A stretch of 64,000 bases of DNA from Eledone cirrhosa. Lineage: Eukaryota. Shown piece by piece: positions 14,081 to 27,796 of this stretch. The translations under genes were made by a program, and so were the position numbers. Positions within the stretch are counted from its first letter, which is position 1. The number at the start of each line of letters is the position of its first letter. Location of the stretch: assembly GCA_964016885.1 (NCBI GenBank), contig OZ024743.1, forward strand, positions 160,084,001 to 160,148,000, given 5' to 3'. The notes beneath the pieces are model-generated. The model saw only the letters and a program-made list of their open reading frames with translations, had not been told where the DNA came from and did no database searches.

Positions 14081-16465
14081 ATCAAAAGATGGTTAAAAGA
14101 GTTCCATGTATTTTATTATGCGCATTTCCAAAAACAAATATCATCATGCAATAATATTTGTGTTTTCATCAGATAAAATAGGAAGACATGATATGAAGGT
14201 TAAAAAACACTTGTAAATAGTGCAGTTTTAAATCAACATATGAAAAGTAGTTTTAGATTGATGTGTGATATTAGGCACAAGAAATTTTGAGGGGGGAGGC
14301 TGGAAAGGATGAAAAAGAGGAGGAGATGAGAGTAAAAAGTGGAGGGGAGGAGTATAATGAGGAAGGATGAGATAGGAGGAGAGATGGGTGATAGAGAGAG
14401 AGAGAGATAGCTTTTATAACTGAGAAAAATATATTGTTTTACATAGAGAGGTTGAAAAACCGTTGGAAGATAATGTATAAATTAAAAGAATTTGAAAATT
14501 AACGAAGAGAAAAATAATGTAAAGTTAAGGTTTGTATATTGAAGGGTTTAATATGTGCGATGCAAAGAAATTGTTAATATGTATTAAGAATAATATTTAA
14601 GGGTTTAATATTATGTGCGATGGAAAGAAAATATTGATATGTATTATTAAAAAAAACAAAAGTAATGTAAGTAAGGATATATTGTGAGATGAGCATGAAT
14701 AAGTTAGATGAAAGGGAGAAAAAAATAATGAATTGAGGATGAATAATCTAACGTCAAAAAAATGTGTTTATGTTTACGAAGGATTTTTTCAAGGTGATAT
14801 AAAGTAAGAATATATTGTATTGTGTAATAATTGTTTCTATGTTAGGCACAGTGAGAAAATGTACAGATTAGGGGTTAGAAATTAAAAGAAAAAGAAAAGA
14901 AAAGGAAAAGGAAGAAAGGGGAGTGATAAATAGGAGTGATATAGAATGAGTAACAAGTATTATATAATGTATAATAAATAACTTTGAAATAAGGTAGAAA
15001 TATGGGTATATTTTTAAAGAAGTATATATATATATGTGCCTTTGAGAAAAGGATTCTAAATTCCAATACTTTATCAATTTAGAATCCTTTTCTCAAGAAC
15101 CGAGAATGAGGACGCTTTTTATTAGAGGTCACCTGCACCTGATGGAATAATTATCGCACGTCCGAGAAGGAAGCCGAAAATCTCCGTAACTGCGTCATAA
15201 TTGACGGTTAACTCCTCTGAATTGGATGAGGTGATTCGAAACCAATGCTCGCCAGAATGACAGCCACTGATCGGAGATCATGATAGATAAGCTCAGATCA
15301 GAGATGATGTCCTCCTCGGACCCCGTATAGCGTTTCAGGGGTATGTGGGTGTATGAATCTGAGATCCACAGCTGGTTCAGAATATTTGTTCTTGTCAGGT
15401 AGAGGAAGGTGTCGTCAGAGGCGAATAATCTGACGGCAACCAAGACATAACCCTCGGTGAGTTTAGTGTTTAACCGGCTGCGTATTCACTTTGAGCTGCC
15501 ATCAAATATTTCAAAATGGAAAGAATTAAATATCTGATTTTAGAGAAGTAATCAATCACCTAGAATCAAAGTGTTACTCCACCCACCCCTCAAAATATAT
15601 TCTATGCATATGCAAAGAAAACTATTAGCTATTAGTAGCAATTAAAAAGGATATTTTAGTTTCCAACGAAACATTGAGAATTCAATGTGTTAAAGACAGT
15701 TACAACCACCATTTCGTTGTATCAATTGCTGTCCTAATAGTGTAATCTATTATAGTATATATTATTTTCCTCGTATCTTTTAAGATGGTTTCGTGAGGTT
15801 CGATGTGATTGGACTGTTATTGCCTGTGGGTTTAGAAGCTGTACAGTGGCTACCCTTTTAGCTTATTTCTATAGTGTTGGATATGATTTAGCCTCATGTC
15901 AAACTCACTGTAGTAGACCAATGATCATAAATATGTCAGATGTAACCACGGCAAGCTTTTTCTTTTTCAAATATTATGTTATCTAAGTCTTTATTTCAAA
16001 TTTTATTCAGCGTTAGTTTCGCCTTTTGGTATTCCAGTTGATCAATGCTCTTAGTTGCCTTCTATTATAATGAATATGGCTGAATATTCCACATTCACGT
16101 ATCCTCCTAATGGAATAACCAAGCATCTTAGCTTTACATATGTGCAGCAAGACAGGTCTTGTGAATTAGAGGTACAATCAATATGGCATTGGTTTTGCAG
16201 TTTCCATTTATCAAATTTAAATTATACGTTTCGTGGCTATGGAAGAAAAATATCTATGCAAGATGCCACGCAATAACATTGAAACGAAGCCCATATTCTT
16301 GAAAAGCGTTCCTTATAAGAAATACAATCATACATGCATCCACATAGTATTATGCACCCACATAAACCCTAGATACACACGCATGTATCAACACACACGA
16401 AGACAAATGCAAATCTATATTGATGTATACATAAACATTGACGTAGTCAGACAAACACATTTTCA

Positions 16466-16543
<78 letters not shown>

Positions 16544-16754
16544 ATATATATAAAGAAAAAAAGATGAAATCGAAAATGCAACGAGTCTTATTTTAAAAAA
16601 AATATATATATTTATTTGGTTCCTTTACCGATTTCGCAGTTCTTCTGCTTTTCAAAAGTAGAGTTGAGATGGAGGGTCTGTGGTTTTTCTCACATCTGGT
16701 TGGTCTCTGAATGTTACTTGTTTAAATGGCAAAAAGAGGCGAATAATTATGGAA

Positions 16755-18625
16755 ATTATAATTAAGGAAGCGTACAAGGGAAGTACTGTTGTCATTATGG
16801 AGGCTGAAAAATTTAAAAATTCTATGTTCTCTCTCTTACAAAATACTAATTACTATGAAAGAGTAAAAACTACCAGCAATCAAAAACAATGACCAGATTA
16901 AACACACTGATTTATCGATACCAGGAAGACCTAACTAAAAAAGAACGCGATTATTTAACATATTTTGAATACAAAACCAGCAACCTTTACGGACTTCTGA
17001 AGATCCACAAATGTAAAATAATTAACGATGCCTGTAAACAATCCACCTCAGCCTGCGTGAACACACAATACCCTACAGACCTTAAATTAAGACCAATTAT
17101 AGCGGGCTCACAATGTGAAACAAACAGACTGAGCAACTTTATAGACATACTACTAAAACCAAATCTCAAACACATACCAAGCCTTGTAAAAGACGATCTG
17201 GACCTCTTAAACCACCTCCCCAAACATGTCAACAACGACACTATTATTGTGTCTTTCGATGTAGTGAATCTCTACACAACGATCCAACACCAATACGGAC
17301 TAGAAGCAATAGGATTCTGGCTCGAGAAATATCCCAATGAGATACCTGGGAGAATAGAAAAAAGCTTCATCACCGAGGGATTAAAATTCATCTCACAGAA
17401 CAACTTTTTTGATTTCGATGGCAGTACTTACAAGCAAATATCGGAGACTGCGATGGGTACAAAATCCGCTCCAACTTATGCCAACTTAGTCATGGCATAC
17501 TTAGAAGTCCAGATATATGAACAGTCCAAATCAAAATACGGATTGAACTTCCACAGATATTTATCAGAGAATTGGAAACGCTACTTGGATGATTGTCTCA
17601 TTCTTTGGTCCCACACACTCGACCAACTGAAGAATTTCAAAAACTTAATAAACGGCATCAATAACCACATCCAATTCACAATGGAATACAGCCAAGATCA
17701 ACTCCCATTTCTGGACATCTTAATCTTAAAAAAATACACAAATATTGAAACTGACATACACTACAAACCAACAGATTCCAAACAATACCTGCTATTCACC
17801 TCCAACCATCCAAAGCACACGAAGACGAACATTCCTTTTAATCTAGCAAGAAGAATTTGCACAATTGTCTCCAATTATGAAACGCGAAATAAAAGACTTC
17901 AAGAATTAAAGGAAATTCTACTCGAAAGAGAGTACCCACCATTACTAATAAATAATGGAATAGAAAGGGCTAAAGCAATATGCATTGATGAATTACGAAA
18001 ACAGAAACAAATTCAAGGTACGTCCAATATTCTATCATATATCTCAACACACAACCTAAGAAACGCGGAAGCTTACAACACTATTCCCAAGAACATCCCA
18101 CTACTAAAACAAAACCCGAGAATGAAAAAAGCCCTTGAAACACACAAAATAATCAAAAGCAAAAGACAACCGAATTCACTGAAAACATTACACACCAATG
18201 CCAAATTACCTACCACAAACCCACAACCAACTGTCAAAAAATGTGGTCGCTCTAATTGTGGAATCTGCACTCACCTCATTGAAGGCAACACGTATGTATA
18301 CATTTAAATCAGCACAATTTTTTACTGTAAAAAATCACTTCACTTGCTCATCAACAAATCTACTTTATGCCATTAATGTAAAGGATGCAATGAAGATTAT
18401 ATAGGACAAACTAAACTCACACTCAGAAACAGAATGACAGTTCATCGCCAACAATTACGAGATCCAACCATGAGACAGATACCACTAAGCGCACATCTAG
18501 ACATATGCGCAAGTAATAAGACACCCAAATTCCAAGTCTTCCCATTTTACCTTTGCGCTAACTATACTACAGAACAAATACGAATAAATAAGGAAAATAT
18601 AGACCAGCATTAAATATGGTTTAAT
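16755..18625 (+). pseudogene. PLE reverse transcriptase plus GIY-YIG endonuclease (main open segment 16889-18307, frameshifts on both sides)
   Basis: LYGLLKIHK, LRPII, SFDVVNLYT, AMGTKSAPTYANL, WKRYLDD, LPFLD, CGRSNCGIC, FTCSSTNLLY, YIGQT..LRNRMTVHR. Confidence 0.95.
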
Positions 18626-19072
18626 ATACATTATGTCAACACCATAACATGCTAACCATCCAAACACACACATAACACCTGCTACTTTAGAAAATAAAAA
18701 CCCTAACTAAATAAACCTTAACATACGTTTGCACTGACAATACAACAGAACAAATACGAATAAGTAAGGAAAATATGTTCATTCAATAATATTCCTACTA
18801 AAGGAATCATTTTCCTACACACACACACACACACAATATATATATATTCTCTTCATCTTAACATGCTAACCATACTCCCACACACATAACACCCATACAC
18901 ACACATAACCCCCCCCCCACACACACACACATATACCCCCCCCCCCCCACACACACACCCAACTCCCCCATTTCTACTAATAGAATCACTTTCCTACACA
19001 CATATATACACACACACAAAATATATATATTCTCTCCATCTTAACATATCCCCCCCACATACACACATAACA

Positions 19073-19125
<53 letters not shown>

Positions 19126-19136
19126 GCACACAAAGG

Positions 19137-19603
19137 GAGCGAAAATTTAATGAAAACTTGTTCACGTGACAGCCATAATTTCATTTATAACCAATCAAAT
19201 TACGTTTATTAAAAAAAAGCCTTCGTGAGACCCCTTTTTTTTAAGTAAAAAGAAATTCAAACACACACACACAACACACACACACACACAAGCACACAAA
19301 TAAACAAACGTATCTTTACTTTCTTTAATCAATAGAAAATCTGAATTCTGACACCCCAGCGAACTAACCATATTCACTGAACCAGAACAATTCTCCTATC
19401 CAATTTCCATTGACCATTATCTTTTGCTTGTCATAAAATTCTCTAAAAAGGCTACAGAATAGATTTCCTAATAAGAGCGCGAAAATTTAATGAAAACTTG
19501 TTCACGTGACAGCCATAATTTCATTTATAACCAATTAAATTACGTTTATTTTAAAAAAAGCCTTCGTGAGCCCCTTTTTTTAAAGTAAAAAGAAATTCAA
19601 ACA
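19137..19603 (+). repeat. ~125-bp direct duplication within the PLE 3' UTR
   Basis: gcgaaaatttaatgaaaacttgttcacgtgacagcc...aagaaattcaaaca occurs at ~19139-19263 and ~19479-19604. Confidence 0.85.
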
Positions 19604-19834
19604 TTCATATATGAAAAAAAACAACCTGTGACACCCCCCCCCAACCCACCCACCACCCTTGTTTGAAGAACTTTATAACGCGAACTGGCGCGAAATTTAT
19701 TATAATTATTGACCAACCAAACAAATTACTTCTCTAAACCCTGGCATTTCGAGCCACTTTTTCCATATAAAAGAAGTAACATTCAGAGACCAACCAGATG
19801 TGAGAAAAACCACAGACCCTCCATCTCAACACTA

Positions 19835-19870
19835 CTTTTGAAAAGCAGAAGAGCTGCGAAACCGGTAAAG
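19835..19870 (+). ncRNA. Minimal hammerhead ribozyme (U3-A8 core) in the PLE 3' pseudo-LTR; inverted copy at ~16623-16658
   Basis: ctt TTGAAAA GCAG aagag CTGC GAAA ccgg TA aag. Confidence 0.85.
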
Positions 19871-20008
19871 GAACCAAATAAATATATATTTTTTTTTTAA
19901 ATAAGACTCCAGTTGCATTTTCGATTTCATCTTTTTTTCTTCATACTTTCACTCGTGTAGAACACCTCGTTTATTTTTCATTTTGTAAAAAAAACCTCAC
20001 TTTCTAGT

Positions 20009-20057
<49 letters not shown>

Positions 20058-20076
20058 TGTGTGTGTGTGTGTGTGC

Positions 20077-20136
<60 letters not shown>

Positions 20137-20342
20137 AATTGTATACGTACATACATATATGTATACAGACGTACAATAGTATGTATATACATACATGCAT
20201 GCACATATATATATATATGTGTACATATGGATTTACCGAACATTTATTATAAGGCTCGGTATGTTTGTAAACAGACAGCCCGAATTAAGCCGTACAGTGT
20301 TCGGCAACCATCGTTGCCCTTTTTTTCAACACTGACAAAGGA

Positions 20343-20385
20343 ACGATGAACTAGTTTCTAGCTTCTTAGCTGTCATCAGCAACGT
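20343..20385 (-). ncRNA. Minimal hammerhead ribozyme (family A)
   Basis: acgttg CTGATGA c AGCT aaga AGCT a GAAA ctag TT catcgt. Confidence 0.8.
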
Positions 20386-20612
20386 ATACCTTCCTGTAAA
20401 TCGATTGAACGTTTGAAAATATATACTTTCCGTATGTATATTAAGTATCAGCCGTACTAAGAGTGAGAAATGAAATTTCATTTTTTCCATTTATCGTTTT
20501 CGGTACGCTCGGCCGACTAACTTACTTGATATGCAAATTAGGCTGCTCAGTCGTTAATATGCATAAGGAAAGAATATACTTTCAAACGTTCAATCGATTG
20601 ACAGAAAGGTAT

Positions 20613-20655
20613 ACGCTGCTGATGACAGCTAAGAAGCTAGAAACTAGTTCATCGT
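20613..20655 (+). ncRNA. Minimal hammerhead ribozyme (family A)
   Basis: acgctg CTGATGA c AGCT aaga AGCT a GAAA ctag TT catcgt. Confidence 0.8.
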
Positions 20656-20847
20656 TCCGTTGTCAAACAAACTGACCATTATAATAAATGTTCGGTAAAC
20701 CCATACGTACATATATATATATGTGTGCATGTATGTATGTATATACATAGTACTGTACGTCTGTATACATATATGTATGTACGTATACATACTTATATTT
20801 AAGTATCAGCCGTACTAAGAGTGAGAAATGAAATTTCATTTTTTTCC

Positions 20848-20904
<57 letters not shown>

Positions 20905-21881
20905 CAATGATATTAAATAAATGGAAACTATATTTATAAAACCATATTGATTGTATTATATATATTTCAAGGGTAGCAAAATGTTGGTACGCTATCATCA
21001 GATAAACCAAGGAGAATATACCTTAACGATTCAAGTTATCCTTGGATCGTGAAGTGATAAGAGAAGAAAAGTCAGATATTTCAAATTATTAAGATGAGTA
21101 TGCAAATGAGGTTTAGGTAAAAGGGCTGAAAAAAACGTTATTTTAGACGCTATGGAAAACTTAAATAATTGTGATAAGTTATTGTATGCGTATGAAAGAA
21201 GAGAAAGGAAGAAGAGCTAGCATTTATGTCAATTTGGTGGAAAAAAATAATTTACCTATATTATGAGTTATAATATTGTATTAATCAATTAGATTATATG
21301 AAGAATTATGGTTGTAAGTATTTTTATCTTATTACATTACGATAGGTTATATATATATATATAAATATCTACATATATATTAATAAATTGCGTATGTATT
21401 AGTTGTTTATATATCAAATATGAGTTACGAAGGACGTTGATTTTGTATTTTACTTAAAAATAGGTGGTTAAAGTTGTGATAGTAGAACAAATTGTGGATT
21501 CAAAAATGTTGTTCAACATTGAAAATGTTTTCAGAATATTGTTAATTTAGCGAAGCTATACAGATTCTCAAATATAATATGTTTATGTTTGCACGATTGA
21601 GAAAGGAAAGATAACTTCAATTTTGTTTGTTAACCATTAAATCAGATGAATGATTTACTCCAAAATATATATAGAAAATTATATATTATTTTGTGTGAGA
21701 TCCATTATTTTAATCGAAAGATGTGTTTGAGTAACAAAAAGAACGAGGAAAAATGTAATGTTTTTCGAAGATCTATCGTAAACAGGATACATTTTCAGAA
21801 TGCCATTTAAAGATTATCAATCTACATCTAAAAGTATATTTAGAGGAGTGTCCTTAGAAAATTAATGTCGAAATTAAAAAT

Positions 21882-22000
21882 AATTATTTCTACTTTTGGC
21901 ACAAGGCCAGCAATTATCTCAGTGCATTACTGGTACTTTATTTTATCGACCACGTAAGGATGAAAGGCAAAGTTAACCTCGGCGGGATTTGAACTCAGAC
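21882..22000 (-). mobile_element. SINE 3' fragment
   Basis: Same family core as 12288-12475. Confidence 0.85.
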
Positions 22001-22214
22001 CAAAATATTATGTCAAAATTAAAATAATGTCGAAAATTAAAATATTAAATTAAAATAATGTCGGAAATTAAAACATTAATAATATTATAAATATTAGAGG
22101 TATTAAAATTTTTTAGAAATGTTAAAAAATATTTAAAATATTTAAAAAAATATTTAAAATATTTAAAATATTTAAAAATTTACATTTAAATTTTTAAATT
22201 TTGTTGAAGCGGCA

Positions 22215-24600
22215 CAAACAATATATCATCAGCCGTTGTCAAAAGCAATGAAAATTTATTCAAAACCAATAGTAAATTGAGTTCTATGACCTTATTTGGA
22301 GGTAGCTGAAGAACAAACCAATCAAATTGTTTTTTGCCATATGGTGTTAAGATGAAATATAACTCACTTTAGTTGAGATCATGACCCTTTGCAAGAAATG
22401 GTTGAATGGTGTTAAAAATAGAATTACTATAAAGAACTTATGAACAAAAGGGATTGTTATATTGATAGTGGAATGTAGATGGTGGAGTGAAGTTTAAAAA
22501 GGAATGTAAAAATTAAATGTTGAGTTGTGTTGTATGGCTACCTCCAGATAAGGTCATAGAACTCAATTTACTGTTGATTTTGAATACATTTTCATTGCTT
22601 TTGACAACGGCTGATGATATACATGTAGGTAAATATATTCTTTATTTGATATTTTGTAACTAACCCTACATAGATCAATAACGAAATATGCGTACGATGT
22701 ACCATTATCACATAGAAACGATCGTAACGCAGTGAAGTATTGAATTTCTATTTCATTGTTTTAACTTATATCATGACTCTGTTTTTCTTTTGATGCTTTA
22801 TTGTTTTCCGGGATTTATTTTAATCTACAACATTTTAACATATGGATTACATTGAGTTCTTCATGCAGACTAGACCCCACAACTAACCGTGGATATTTCT
22901 GTGCATCTTGCTCCTTCAATATATTTTTTGATAATTATCTCCACTTCTGTGATTATAATATTTAGTCGAGCTCTTCTTCTATCTAATTTCTGCATCACAA
23001 TGGAAAATAAATATTTGGGTACATTCGTTGAAGAATATTCCGATTCCACCTAAAGACGAATATCTACTCTTGCTCATACAAAAAAACAAACCAGTTTATT
23101 AGGAGAATGCGATGGAGAGCCTATCATTTTGACAACAAAATCAATACAAATGAAAAGAAGTACCGCTATGGATTCAACACATGCAAAAATCCTCCTCATA
23201 ATATTCAACTTGAAAATTTTGAGAGCGCCCTACTGAACATAATTAAAAACATAAAGTTCAGGAAACAAATCTGAATCCAAAAGGGATCAGACTCAACCCT
23301 TCTGCAACTGAAAAATTCAAACAAGGTCCATGTCCATTCTGACAAAACTGGTAACCTGTACCCTATATACATCGATAAGTATAACCAGTTCGTTTATAAA
23401 GAACTTAGAAAAAACTATAAGAAAACCAGCACCACCGCACTGACATCCTTGAACAAAATATCATGTGATATACTAAAAAAACTCCACATTGAAGATAGGA
23501 CGGAGCCTTTCACACCTAAAAGCCCGCACTTCAACCTGAAGGACCACAAATCTGACCTTAATTCGAACCCATCTATTAGACTGATATGCCCATCAAAATC
23601 TGATATCGGTAATATCAGCAAGAAAATTATTGATCGAATCATCCCGCAGATTAGAAAATTTGTAACACTTCCATTATGGGATAACACTTCCCAGGTTATT
23701 GAATGATTCACTAATATCGAGAATAAAAACTCAGCTTCATTCATACAATTCGACATCGATTCTTACTATTCTTCGATTTCTCCAATTCTCTTAACTGATC
23801 TTCGCCAGAAATAGATCGGATTTATCTACAGAGGAAATCAACATCATAACTCACGCTAGAAAAACCTTACTAAAAGAACACAGAACAAGAAACACATATA
23901 ACAACTTATTCGATATAAAGATGGGATCCATGGACTCTGCTCAAGTTACCGACCTCGTTGGACTATTTCTCCTCTATAATATTCATTCCTCTTTTGCCCA
24001 CCTCAAAGGTGGTCTTTATCGGGATGATTGTCTATTGATATCTAACAATATTACCAATTCTAATAGAGAGAAAAACAAAAAAACAAATTAGGAAATTCCT
24101 CAAGGACTATTACAACCTTAACATCACCTTTGAAAACACCTCCAAACTAGCTAACTTCCTTGACGTTACCTTAGACCTCTCTACTAATATTTATCAACCT
24201 TACCACAAACCGAAGCAGAATCTACACTATGTACATTCACGGTCTAACCACCCTGGCTCTATATTCAGAAACTTAGTATATAACATATCTCTTAGACTTT
24301 CTAAATTATCTTCCAATGAGGATATATTTTATGAAAATGCACCCTTCTACAACGAGGCCCTAACTAGAAGTGGATATAAAGAAAAAAATTCATACATCCC
24401 CAACACTACTATGGACCATACTACAAAACCTACCAAAAACTACATACACCAAAAAATACCATCGAAACAAATGCCTAATGGGATCATTCCTATCACACCA
24501 AACAACCGCAAAACCACAACAACTATTACTACACGATCTATGACCAATGTTAACAACTCACATATGACTAGCAAACATTCAACCTTTCATAATCTACCCA
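22215..24600 (+). mobile_element. Decayed Penelope-like element (5' repeat with HHR-like motif plus RT region)
   Basis: 22221-22305 is inverted relative to 22536-22621. RT motifs: SDKTGNLY, LKDHK..NPSIRLICPSKSDIG, FIQFDIDSYYSSI, MGSMDSAQVTDLVG, GLYRDD, NFLDVTLDL, PYHKP, SNHP. Confidence 0.85.
22608..22729 (+). ncRNA. Possible hammerhead with ~95-nt stem II insert
   Basis: cgg CTGATGA ... GAAA cgatcg TA acg. Stem III is a perfect palindrome, but stem I is weak. Confidence 0.45.
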
Positions 24601-24713
24601 ATAATTGTTTCTACTTTAGGCACAAGGACAGCAATTACCCAGTACATTACTGGTACTTTATTTTATCGACCCCGTAAGGATGAAAGGCAAAATTAACCTC
24701 GGCGGGATTTGAA
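24601..24713 (-). mobile_element. SINE 3' fragment
   Basis: Same family core. Confidence 0.85.
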
Positions 24714-25246
24714 CAAGGTCTAAATGACTGCGATGGCTTCTATGCATATAGCCTTGTATCGATCTAAATTTCTAATTATATTTCACTCCTTATATTATGA
24801 TTTGATCAGTTGAGTTGTTATGATTGGACGAGCGAGCTGCTGCTATTTTTAAAATTCCTCCCGCCAAAATATCCTAATGGCCTGTTCTTGTCAGATACTG
24901 TTGAACATAGCCGCATAACTTCGTCTCCGTATAGGCGTAATGAGTATTTCTGGCTATTATTAGGGTTGTCTGTTAAGGAGAAATCCCAATCTTGATTTAT
25001 TAATAATCAATTGCTACCTGTAATTGGCAAATTTTTTCCAGGTTCGAATCCAATCGATCTGTAACTTTTTCCCCCTCTTTCTCAGTTCAATTGTTGGAAT
25101 TCTAAGATTTATTTTAATATTATTGTCTAATTTGCAATATCAAGATAACGAATTGATATGCCCCGTCACACGTGTTATCTACTGGAGGCAAGATCGAAAT
25201 GTTTGCGTTGCCTTCTATGCCTTTAGTATTGTATCGAAATACATTT

Positions 25247-25332
<86 letters not shown>

Positions 25333-26516
25333 AATTTATATTATACTGTATTTAGTTCAACTTTTTCTATTCCGATCAGAATGGAATTTGTCATTCATTC
25401 TTGTATACATAATTATTGAAATATATTACACTAGCTGCATTACCCTGTAATACCAGGTTAAGGTAGAGTTATTCGCCGTTCCCAGAGTGCGCCTGAAAAT
25501 GCTAGCGACCCTGGGTGCCAATACTAGATTTTCAGTAGCAACCTTTGCTAGGTGTGTTTATGGCAGATCAATTTTTTGTGTGGAACTATCAATAGCTATT
25601 TAAGTCATACGTCCTTCTTCCATCCACCTTTCTTCATTCAGAGTGAATAAGCCGGGGAAGTTTGAGCTCGAAGAGTATCGAACTAATTGAACAAACTTAT
25701 GTAGAGGAATAGCAAACTTATGGCATTAGCGTTCAAGAACAAACATAGAACAATTGAGGAAGGCATCGCAATTATTGAAGACATTATGACCGAGTGAACT
25801 TATTCAGGTAGTGTATATCACCGTTTGTAAAGCCCTTCGAATCACTGAAGCAATTCAATAAAACCATCCCCTCCCCCTATAGTAGACATAACCCGAGAAA
25901 AAACACCGTAATAAATCGGATAAACAATCAGAAGTGTTGGCCCTAAAGAGGGCCTTGTAGCATTCACTGTTTCAAAGTGTCAATAATGGAGAAGTTACAA
26001 CTTCCTTATTCGTGTTTATGTTCCCATGATCCGACACCTCGAAATATCGACAAAATAAACTCTACTTACTCTCAAAGACAGCAGGTTAACATACCGGGAG
26101 TACGAATAATCGTCAACATACGATTTGGATTTTATTCTCGGACTAATCTCATGGTAAGCCAACTTCCAGGTCATTGATCGTGAACCAAAATTAGATTGTC
26201 GTCTGGTTTGTTTGAAATTTCTTTATTCATATTTCTGATAAGTTGTTGCCTCGTTTTGGAGGACTGAGTTGTGGGAGGAGGAAGGGGAGTTGTGGGAGCG
26301 AGGGTTTAACATACAGTAGTTGTATCTCCTCTGCCCCTCCCTCACTGAAACGTCTTCTCTTTTCTCCTCCATTGTAAAGATGTTCCCAGGGTGCCATTAT
26401 TGATTCGTATTGAAATCCAATTAGCGTGTCCTGTTCCTGAATATTAGCGTAACATGTAAGGTTTCCTCAGGATCGGATCACTGGTTATACACAGATACAC
26501 AGTCAGACAGAAATGT

Positions 26517-26585
26517 TATCGACCCCGTAAGGATGAGAGGCAAAGTTAACCTCGGCGGGATTTGAACTCAGGATGGCAAGGGCTA
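26517..26585 (-). mobile_element. SINE fragment
   Basis: tatcgaccccgtaaggatga..gggatttgaactcag. Confidence 0.75.
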
Positions 26586-26669
26586 TTTAGTCAACTCTTA
26601 CGGTGAAGCCTTATATTTATATTTCAATTTTCATATACATATGTATGCGCATATATGTATATATATGGT

Positions 26670-26801
26670 CGTATCCGAAGAAGGTGAAACATTTGTTCTC
26701 GGTATGGTCAACTAACTGCTATGGAACTACTTCACTTCTACCATACTCCTCCCATGGTCTGAGTGCTCCACTAATACGGATAGAGCCCGCCAGTGTTCTA
26801 C

Positions 26802-26841
<40 letters not shown>

Positions 26842-26843
26842 TC

Positions 26844-26904
<61 letters not shown>

Positions 26905-27103
26905 ATAGTAGAACAGTGGTGGGCTATATCCGTATTAGTAGAGCACTCAGACCATGAGAGGAGTATGGTAAAAGTAGTTTCATAGCAGTTAGTTCACCAT
27001 ACCGAGAACAAATGTTTCACCTTAATCGGATCCGAGCTGAGGATCCGAATAAGGTGAAACATTTGCTCTCGGTTTGGTGAACTAACTGTTGTGAAAGTAC
27101 TTC
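26670..27103. mobile_element. Short HHR element pieces in alternating orientation around a (TA)n tract
   Basis: 26670-26806 (+), 26901-27031 (-) and 27031-27103 (+) are copies of one sequence. Confidence 0.8.
27032..27072 (+). ncRNA. Minimal hammerhead ribozyme
   Basis: ccgag CTGAGGA t CC gaataa GG t GAAA catttg CT ctcgg; sister copies read GTT. 5-bp stem I. Confidence 0.7.
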
Positions 27104-27637
27104 TATATACATATATATACATATACATATACATATATATACATATATATATATATATAAAGTATTAAAAAAATAATGAATAAAACAATGAAACAGTTCC
27201 TTATATTAAACAAAAAAAGTTCATTATTTAACGATCGTTTCTTGAGTTCTTCATACGGATTGGACACTACTGTAAACTCTTGGTAGATTTATCTATATAT
27301 ATATATATATATATATATTTCGTTTCTGAATTTGTTTAGCAAGATTCTTTATCTGAAAACGTGTGTTGAAACCGATATTGTTATAGTTTGGGAGGGTCAT
27401 GTTGCCAATAAGAAACACACGCACCAGCAATTTTCACTTCAATTTATTATAATAAATTTTTAAATTTATGCATTTATAAATTTCAGGTTGGTTGGTTGGT
27501 TCCACAACCAAATGGTTGTTTATATATTGTGAAAGTTCTTTCATCACACATTCTGTGATCTCTTCAGTGACTGGGGATTCTATTCTTTGTTTTTTGTGCC
27601 TCTACTTTGTTCTGTCCTACGCCATATATGTCCTACG

Positions 27638-27687
<50 letters not shown>

Positions 27688-27691
<4 letters not shown>

Positions 27692-27796
27692 TACTTGAGG
27701 AGGGTCATATTTGTGTAATATTGCCAGAATTAATAACAGAACACACTCACTGTTTGGTTGGTTTTCGCTTCTCACTGTCTTTTATATCGGTAATGT

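Larger units (their letters stand above)
16553..20005 (+). mobile_element. Penelope-like retroelement (Neptune-like Cys linker), 5'-truncated, with inverted pseudo-LTR
   Basis: 16553-16719 is the reverse complement of 19774-19941. It has an RT/EN ORF and a 3' HHR, and lies between (CT)n(TA)n and (TA)n. Confidence 0.92.
20140..20852. mobile_element. Family-A ORF-less HHR element, inverted plus tandem copy in (TA)n
   Basis: 20140-20440 is in minus orientation and 20441-20852 in plus orientation. The end motif aagtatcagccgtactaagagtgagaaatg occurs at 20443 and 20801. Confidence 0.85.

Noticed and set aside
14090-15040. AT-rich tract (and 21000-21850) as an old LINE remnant on the minus strand
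   Set aside because: Only faint motif hints; I could not support a family call by eye.
23695-23715. In-frame TGA in the PLE RT as selenocysteine (as in Naiad PLEs)
   Set aside because: The context VIE*F corresponds to a usual Trp (TGG to TGA), and the element has other stops and frameshifts.
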